Below, in pieces: positions 58,648 through 64,000 of a DNA stretch of 64,000 bases. The notes beneath the pieces are model-generated. The model worked only from the letters and a program-made list of their open reading frames with translations, ran no database searches and was not told where the DNA came from. This stretch comes from an uncultured Lentisphaerales bacterium (GTDB taxonomy: Bacteria; Verrucomicrobiota; Lentisphaeria; JABSQK01; UBA12247), in assembly GCA_943788985.1 (NCBI GenBank), contig CALSSJ010000044.1, positions 11,845-75,844 on the forward strand, written 5' to 3'. Each line of letters begins with the position of its first letter. Position 1 is the first letter of the stretch. The position numbers and the translations under genes are program-made.

Positions 58648-58708
58648 AGACGGTAGAGCACGCACTCCAGCCCTTGGCCATCGGAAATTCCGTGTTGGCT
58701 GTTGGATA
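58609..58708. repeat. Perfect 26-bp inverted repeat with a 48-nt spacer between convergent genes
   Basis: Left arm TATCCAACAGCCAACACGGAATTTCC (58609-58634). Right arm GGAAATTCCGTGTTGGCTGTTGGATA (58683-58708) is its exact reverse complement. Confidence 0.9.
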
Positions 58709-58720
58709 ATTGAATAATTC

Positions 58721-59215
58721 TCAGTGCCCGCAGTGGCCCGCATTCCCTGCTGGAAATCCGAACTCGCTGTTCTCCGCGGTCTTGCCATTCACCGTCAGCT
58801 TGATCAGGGTGCCGTCGAAATCAGTGACGCCCTTGAGCTCCTCGGCCACGCCCTTGTAGGACGAAAATCCTGCGTCGGCTTTCTCAGCGCCGGAGAGAGT
58901 GAGCTCGAAGGCGACGAAGCCACGCTTGCATGAGACCACGATGGTCTCCTCATCCGCAACAGTCGGCTCAGCATTCTCATCAAGCACGTATGCCGTTAAG
59001 GCACCGGTGGCGCCATCGAGCACAAATTCCAGATGTGCCACATTCCCCGACAGCAAGACGAGCGTGCCGCCATGCGGGCTCGCGAGGTGAGTGCATCCCT
59101 GGTGCCCTGTTGGCGCTGCGACGGCTGTTTTTTTTTCTTCCGGCACCTCGGCGGGCGGCTTGCTGCACGCTCCCAATAGAAGTGCGAAAGCAATCAATAG
59201 TTGTGGTTTGAACAT
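58721..59215 (-). CDS. Lipoprotein, hypothetical (His/Cys-containing termini)
   Basis: Lipobox LLLGAC after MFKPQLLIAFA. Has GHQGCTHLASPHGG near the N-terminus and the GNAGHCGH C-terminus. It contains an A9 tract (59128-59136 on the plus strand as T9) encoding EEKK. Confidence 0.55.
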   Translation of the reverse strand: MFKPQLLIAFALLLGACSKPPAEVPEEKKTAVAAPTGHQGCTHLASPHGGTLVLLSGNVAHLEFVLDGATGALTAYVLDENAEPTVADEETIVVSCKRGFVAFELTLSGAEKADAGFSSYKGVAEELKGVTDFDGTLIKLTVNGKTAENSEFGFPAGNAGHCGH

Positions 59216-59226
59216 GAGATCCCTTG

Positions 59227-60108
59227 CTATACTCGGTGTGCTTTGTGGCGGGTGCGGTCTGCGAGCGCGGTCTTCCAGGCATCAGACCAGTGGGCATGCG
59301 TGAACGCCGAGACTGAGTCTGGATGATCCGCGCTTCTTACTGGAAAACTTGGTTGCCAATCGCGCCCACTGGGCTGGCCGGTCGGGTGAAAACGCAGGTC
59401 TACCGACCAGCGGGCGTAGTCTGCGACGTTCTCAAGGCCGCGGTGCGGCGTGTACTTGCTCATGACGACCACGTCGCCCGGTTCCGATGCGGCAGTGATG
59501 GCCTGCCGCTGCGGCAGGACATCGTCAGGAATCTCGGTCCCATAGGAGCCGCTCACGTGCGGCAGGCAGCCGCCCGCCACACAGTCAGGCAGGATCTCCA
59601 TGCATCCGGACTCGCGAGTGGCCACGCTCAGTGGCAGCCAGAACGTAATGATGTTGCTGTCGTCGCTGTCTTCTGCGGTCACGCCCACATCTTGATGCCA
59701 AGGCACCTGCATAAAGCCACTCTTGGCATCCACGGCGCTTGGCATCTTGGCACGGAGATGTTGGATCGGATTGCAGGAGATCTCGGGCCCGAGAAAGGTC
59801 TGGACCAGATCCAGCAGGCAGCTGTCATGCAGAAAGGAAAAGCAGGCTTCGCCGCGCATATGCATGAGGTCCATGCCCGCCAGTATCGCTTGATTCTGCC
59901 TGTAGAGAGCGACAACACGATGGTCAAAGTCTAGCTCCTCATAGAGGTCCGTGATTTTCCCGTCCGCGTGTAGGTCACGAGCCTGCTGATCGACCCAGGC
60001 ACTAAATTCAGCGACCAAGGGCTGCAACGTCGCTGGCGGCAGCACGTTCCTGGCGATCACGTACCCGTGATCCTGAAAATGTGCGAACTCCGCACTGAAG
60101 TTCCTCAT
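59227..60108 (-). CDS. Phytanoyl-CoA dioxygenase (PhyH) family Fe(II)/2-oxoglutarate oxygenase
   Basis: FQDHGYVIARNVL, VPWHQD(V) giving the HxD facial-triad start, and TPHRGLEN with the distal His and Arg region. Confidence 0.75.
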   Translation of the reverse strand: MRNFSAEFAHFQDHGYVIARNVLPPATLQPLVAEFSAWVDQQARDLHADGKITDLYEELDFDHRVVALYRQNQAILAGMDLMHMRGEACFSFLHDSCLLDLVQTFLGPEISCNPIQHLRAKMPSAVDAKSGFMQVPWHQDVGVTAEDSDDSNIITFWLPLSVATRESGCMEILPDCVAGGCLPHVSGSYGTEIPDDVLPQRQAITAASEPGDVVVMSKYTPHRGLENVADYARWSVDLRFHPTGQPSGRDWQPSFPVRSADHPDSVSAFTHAHWSDAWKTALADRTRHKAHRV

Positions 60109-60184
60109 CAGGCAGCCTTGTCATTAGAATCTGGAGTACAGAGAGAATACAGTGTGAGACCGCGAACCAACGGCAAGGACGCCC

Positions 60185-60961
60185 ATGGCCTTTCTTCAAA
60201 TTCAGTGTCATTCAAGCACTCTGCAGATGGCCATCAGCCTTCAGGCGATCGTCCCGCAGCCCACGAATGGTTCCGAAGTTGGCATCGCGAGCGGAACCAA
60301 GCGTGCTCAATACCCCGTCCTCTATCTGCTCCATGGGATGAGTGACGACGAGACGATCTGGTGCCGACGTACCTCAATCGAGCGCTACGCGGCCGGACGG
60401 GATTTGGTGATCGTAATGCCGAACGTGCATCGTTCGTATTACATAGACATGCACCATGGTCCGCGCTACTGGACCCTTATCAGCGAAGAACTCCCCGAGC
60501 TAGCTGCTCACTTCCTGCCCATTTCCCAGCGCCGCGAGGATACATTTGTGGCGGGGTTATCCATGGGCGGCTATGGCGCGTTCAAGCTGGGTATCTGCCG
60601 TCCTGGCCAGTTCGCAGCTGCTGCTTCACTTTCCGGCGCTCTCAGCCCGGGCTCATTCAAGAACAGCAGTGGAGCGAGATCGGCCGAGTGGCTCAATACC
60701 TTCGGCAGCGCGCAGCTGTTCAAGGAGAGCGAGAACGATCTGCACGCGCAGCTACAAAAGCGTGTGAATGAGGGGACGGAGCTGCCGCGGCTCTGGCAGC
60801 ACTGTGGCACCGAGGACTTTCTCTATGAGCACAACGTCGACTCCCGCAATGAAGCGCAGCGCCTCGGCGTCCCGCTTGCGTATTCAGAAGGGCCGGGGGA
60901 CCACTCGTGGGGGCTCTGGGACGAACAAATTCAGAACGTGCTAGACTGGCTTCCGCTCTAA
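60185..60961 (+). CDS. Esterase family protein (esterase D / tributyrin esterase-like, CE1)
   Basis: YPVLYLLHGMSDDETIW, nucleophile elbow GLSMGGYGA, and a C-terminal GDHSW. Confidence 0.8.
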   Translation: MAFLQIQCHSSTLQMAISLQAIVPQPTNGSEVGIASGTKRAQYPVLYLLHGMSDDETIWCRRTSIERYAAGRDLVIVMPNVHRSYYIDMHHGPRYWTLISEELPELAAHFLPISQRREDTFVAGLSMGGYGAFKLGICRPGQFAAAASLSGALSPGSFKNSSGARSAEWLNTFGSAQLFKESENDLHAQLQKRVNEGTELPRLWQHCGTEDFLYEHNVDSRNEAQRLGVPLAYSEGPGDHSWGLWDEQIQNVLDWLPL

Positions 60962-60965
60962 CTGA

Positions 60966-61466
60966 CTATTCGTCCAGAGCAGCCATATAGCCGCCCAAAA
61001 CGTCGTCCTGGCCAAGATCATCGAGGATCCCCCGCGCATCCGCGTCGTCGAAACCTAGCTCGCTTAGCTCCAGCGCCAGCATGTCCAACTCCAGCTGTTC
61101 GTCCATATAATCAAGCGCTTCCAGCGTGGACTGCACAATCTTCTCCTGCTCCTGCCACTTCTCAATGGTCGGCAGTTTAGACTTTCCGGCAACGCCGGGC
61201 TCAGAGCCTGTGGATTGATTCCCAAACTGCAAGGCTACGGCGACAGCGACCACCGCACAGGCAGCCGCTGCGTACCACGTGACCTGCACCAATTTCCCGC
61301 GATTACGGCGTTTGGCTTCCTTGCGAGCGTTGCCAGCCAGATTATCCCAGGCGCTACCACTTGGCACCGCCTCAGGATCCCGCTCAGTGGTCCCCATCAG
61401 CTGCTGCATCTCGCGATCCAATTCTGCCTCTTCGCGAGACACGTCGTGCTCCGAGTCCGTATTCAT
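60966..61466 (-). CDS. Putative anti-sigma factor (single-pass membrane protein) cotranscribed with an ECF sigma
   Basis: 4-nt overlap with the sigma gene stop. Charged cytoplasmic N-terminus, one TM (VTWYAAAACAVVAVAVALQF) and an acidic periplasmic tail. No recognisable zinc-binding anti-sigma (ZAS) motif. Confidence 0.45.
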   Translation of the reverse strand: MNTDSEHDVSREEAELDREMQQLMGTTERDPEAVPSGSAWDNLAGNARKEAKRRNRGKLVQVTWYAAAACAVVAVAVALQFGNQSTGSEPGVAGKSKLPTIEKWQEQEKIVQSTLEALDYMDEQLELDMLALELSELGFDDADARGILDDLGQDDVLGGYMAALDE

Positions 61467-62056
61467 CGTATGATCTCCTGTTTACTAAATTGTAGTCGCA
61501 GCTTGCTTGCTGCCTGAAAAATTGCCGCCTTCACGGTTCCTACCGAACACTCCTGCACAGCGGCAATCTCTTTGTATGAGAGGCCCCCGACGTACTTCAT
61601 GCGAAAGGCGGCCTGCATTCGCTCAGGCAATGCCAGGATCGCTTGGTCGATCTCCGCGCGCCACTCCGCACGCTGTAGATCATGCCCTGGTGCCACGTCA
61701 TTCGAAGCGATTGAATCTGCGGATCTGTCGGTCCAGTCCTCCATCAATATCAGACGCTTGCTGTTCCGGCGGCGCTGGTCGATGCAAAGATTGGTGACCA
61801 CGCGGTAGAGCCAAGTTTGCGCGCGGCACGAGAAATTCCACTTTGGCAAGAAGTTGTAAAGTTTGATGTAGGCTTCCTGAACGACATCCAGGGCCGTGTG
61901 TGCGTCCTGCGTGTACCGAAATGCCAGGGAGTAAGCTGCGCCCCGGGTCCTCTTCACCAACTCGTCAAAGGCGTCATCGTCGCCCGCCATGCAGGCTCGC
62001 ACCAGCTCTGAATCATCAAGCGTCGTCACCGTCCTGGTATCCATTGTCGCGTCCAT
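61463..62056 (-). CDS. ECF-type RNA polymerase sigma-70 factor
   Basis: Region 2 (AFDELVKRTRGAAYSLAFRYT...DVVQEAYIKLY, WLYRVVTNLCIDQRR) and region 4 (LPERMQAAFRMKYVGGLSYKEIAAVQECSVGTVKAAIFQAASKLR). The ATG at 62056 is preferred. Confidence 0.85.
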   Translation of the reverse strand: MDATMDTRTVTTLDDSELVRACMAGDDDAFDELVKRTRGAAYSLAFRYTQDAHTALDVVQEAYIKLYNFLPKWNFSCRAQTWLYRVVTNLCIDQRRRNSKRLILMEDWTDRSADSIASNDVAPGHDLQRAEWRAEIDQAILALPERMQAAFRMKYVGGLSYKEIAAVQECSVGTVKAAIFQAASKLRLQFSKQEIIR

Positions 62057-62150
62057 TTGGTTCACGCAGCCTACGTGCTTCAAAACAGGCCTCTCAGCGG
62101 GTAAAGGTATTGTCCGATACAGCATTGTACGAGCAAGGCGAGAGATGAGT

Positions 62151-63992
62151 TTAGTCCATCCTTGGATTTTCCCAAGAAATTGCATCGGCGATCACGCCCA
62201 ACGGGGATGCGACAGCGATCTCGGGGGCTTGCCAGGTGCCGTCCGCGTCCGCCTCCAAGCACCAGCAGCACGCTCCCGGAAGAATCGACCAACCATCAGG
62301 AACGGCTGCCTCGCACTGCGCGTCGTAGGCCAGCACATACATCCGCTTTGCCTTCCCCTCGCGCAGCGCGAACTCCGCACAACGAAACGCCTCCTGCAAT
62401 GCCAGCCCCGTCCAGAACACACAATGAGGGCCAGCTGCCCCGATTTCGATTGCCGCAAGGTTTGCCGCCGCGCTCGCATACGCATGCGGAAAGAGCAACG
62501 GGCTCGCCAGACGTGGCCCCTTCTGCACCAGTTGCTGGTAGAAGGTGTAGCCCGTGTTCAAAGCCCCATAGCCTGTCGCCGCGACAATCCCGCTCTCGCC
62601 GTCGTTTTCCTCCTTCACGCACTGGGCAAGTGCCGCCAGCGCATAGGCCGCGACAGGGTCTAGGTATCCACGTACGCTACTCAAATACGGCTTTGCCGAG
62701 AATCCAGCCAGAGTTGCGGAGTTTGCAACCAAAGCCTCCACCGTTCCTGCGGGAAAACGCTCTCCGCTGCCGACCAATGGCCCAGGCAATACCCAGCCAA
62801 CTCTGACGAGGGATACACCAATAGCTGCCGCGGCAGGCACTTCGGGTCCAGGGGTCCTTTGCAGGCAGACCGCGGCATTGTTCCCACCAATCCCTGCCGA
62901 GTTTGTCACTAGGCACTCTCCTGGCAACGATCGATTCTGTAAGGCGACATCGACACTGAGCTCGCTGTCCAACTGCTGCAGCCCCTCCACTCCTGGGACG
63001 ATTCCCGCCTCAAGCGCGCAGGCGGCAAGCACCACCTCTGCCAAGCCGGCCGCACCCAGCAGATGCCCTAGGTTTCCTTTGAATGCCATTGTCGGTCTGG
63101 GCGATCCCAGCAAATCCGCGATTGCCTGGCTTTCAGTGAGATCGTTTGCCGTAGTTCCTGTCGCATGCGCACATACCCAGTCAACGGCAGCTGGAGAGAT
63201 TCCCGCATCCGCCAATGCAGCAGCCATCACCCGCCGGGAACCGTCGCCGCGCTTCGCTGGAGCGGTCATGTGAAAGGCGTTGTTATTCAAGGCCGTGCCG
63301 CCCACAACCACGCCGCCTTCCTGAGGCTCAGCAGTGAGCAGAACGGCAACGGCCGCCTCCCCAAAAATGGTCCCTTGCCTGGCGGCATCGAACGGTCGCA
63401 GCCGATCGGTAGTAATCGTGCGCAAATTTGTCAGCCCGGCCCAGCAGAACTCCGTAAGCAGATCATAGGCAACACAGAGCACGCGCTTAGCCCGACCGGT
63501 TTGCAGCCAACGGCAGCCGGTTGCCACCACGGCGGCACCACTTGCGCAAGACAACGTGAGCTGTGCGCGCGGACCACGCGCACCCAATAAATCCGCCACA
63601 CGCGCCACCACCTTCTGGCCTTGCACAAAGGTATCGACATCCATCGTCCCGGTCTCGATCCGCTCCCGCCAGGCCCACTCAAACTGGTCCATCGGCCCAA
63701 AGTTCGTCCCCAAGATCAAGCCCAGCTCATCATCCGCGCCCCACTCCGCGCTCCCCAGTGCTTCCCGCGCTGCCGCGACGATCATCGCACTCACCGGGCC
63801 ACCATCCGCCTCGTCGAAATGATCGACCAGTTCGGGCGGCAGTTCGCCGCCCTCGGGCTGCGGAAAGTCCTGCCCGTGAAATCGAGTAATCGGGCGTATT
63901 CCTGCCTCACCACCCAGCACTGCGGCCCAGTTCGCAGCGACCCCCTGCCCGAGCGGAGAGACCATCCCCGCCCCCTTCATTCGAATCGTCAT
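62151..63992 (-). CDS. Fused beta-ketoacyl synthase + chain-length-factor-like (KS-CLF) protein
   Basis: The N-terminal 390 aa or so form a KS with a Cys-His-His triad (LSCASGAAV; CAHATGTTAND; GNLGHLLGAAG). The C-terminal 220 aa form a second thiolase-like half lacking the Cys (GIVAATGYGAL...SPLLFPHAYASAAANLAAIEIGAAGP). The start codon lies 8 nt from the window end, so the upstream partners are unknown. Confidence 0.8.
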   Translation of the reverse strand: MTIRMKGAGMVSPLGQGVAANWAAVLGGEAGIRPITRFHGQDFPQPEGGELPPELVDHFDEADGGPVSAMIVAAAREALGSAEWGADDELGLILGTNFGPMDQFEWAWRERIETGTMDVDTFVQGQKVVARVADLLGARGPRAQLTLSCASGAAVVATGCRWLQTGRAKRVLCVAYDLLTEFCWAGLTNLRTITTDRLRPFDAARQGTIFGEAAVAVLLTAEPQEGGVVVGGTALNNNAFHMTAPAKRGDGSRRVMAAALADAGISPAAVDWVCAHATGTTANDLTESQAIADLLGSPRPTMAFKGNLGHLLGAAGLAEVVLAACALEAGIVPGVEGLQQLDSELSVDVALQNRSLPGECLVTNSAGIGGNNAAVCLQRTPGPEVPAAAAIGVSLVRVGWVLPGPLVGSGERFPAGTVEALVANSATLAGFSAKPYLSSVRGYLDPVAAYALAALAQCVKEENDGESGIVAATGYGALNTGYTFYQQLVQKGPRLASPLLFPHAYASAAANLAAIEIGAAGPHCVFWTGLALQEAFRCAEFALREGKAKRMYVLAYDAQCEAAVPDGWSILPGACCWCLEADADGTWQAPEIAVASPLGVIADAISWENPRMD

Positions 63993-64000
63993 TGTTTCCC

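Overview
This is a 64-kb chromosomal window from a high-GC bacterium. I place it in the PVC superphylum (Verrucomicrobiota or Planctomycetota) by inference from gene content: a DUF1800/DUF1501 pair, a giant PA14-repeat protein, sulfatases, prenyltransferase/squalene-oxidase-repeat and TPR-PMT proteins, and scattered dcw genes. I can support about 50 protein-coding loci, 2 tRNAs (Asn-GTT, Pro-CGG), one decayed IS1634-type transposase, several gene relics and two sigma-54 promoters.

Housekeeping genes: serC, nth, xthA, fabA, lnt, murG, mraY, priA, pyrE, panC, tatA, menH-like, yjbQ, and a TrmH/SpoU methyltransferase.

Most interesting points:
- A divergent pair of near-consensus sigma-54 promoters sits next to an atypical NtrC-like activator. 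They drive a small orphan protein and a three-gene cluster of unknown role: N-formylglutamate-amidohydrolase-like, DUF1704 (QEGLA motif) and GshB-like ATP-grasp.
- One reading unit of about 7 kb encodes six PA14 modules plus a C-terminal DUF1800 domain, followed by a DUF1501 partner. Its 3' half is shredded by frameshifts.
- Two tandem paralogous secreted proteins have no domain I recognise.
- One protein is a eukaryote-like LIM + DA1-type peptidase.
- A tail-anchored low-complexity protein carries a reiterated TLKIKAP motif.
- About 16 loci are disrupted. The frameshifts I localised precisely fall in or beside short homopolymer runs, and some cluster tightly (17.1-24.7 kb and 42.4-43.0 kb). 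They also hit mraY and priA, so assembly indel error and real decay cannot be separated from sequence alone. Independent relics with in-frame nonsense codons (IS transposase, HipA-like toxin, kinase, acyltransferase) show that some decay is real.

No CRISPR array, rRNA or intact prophage was seen.
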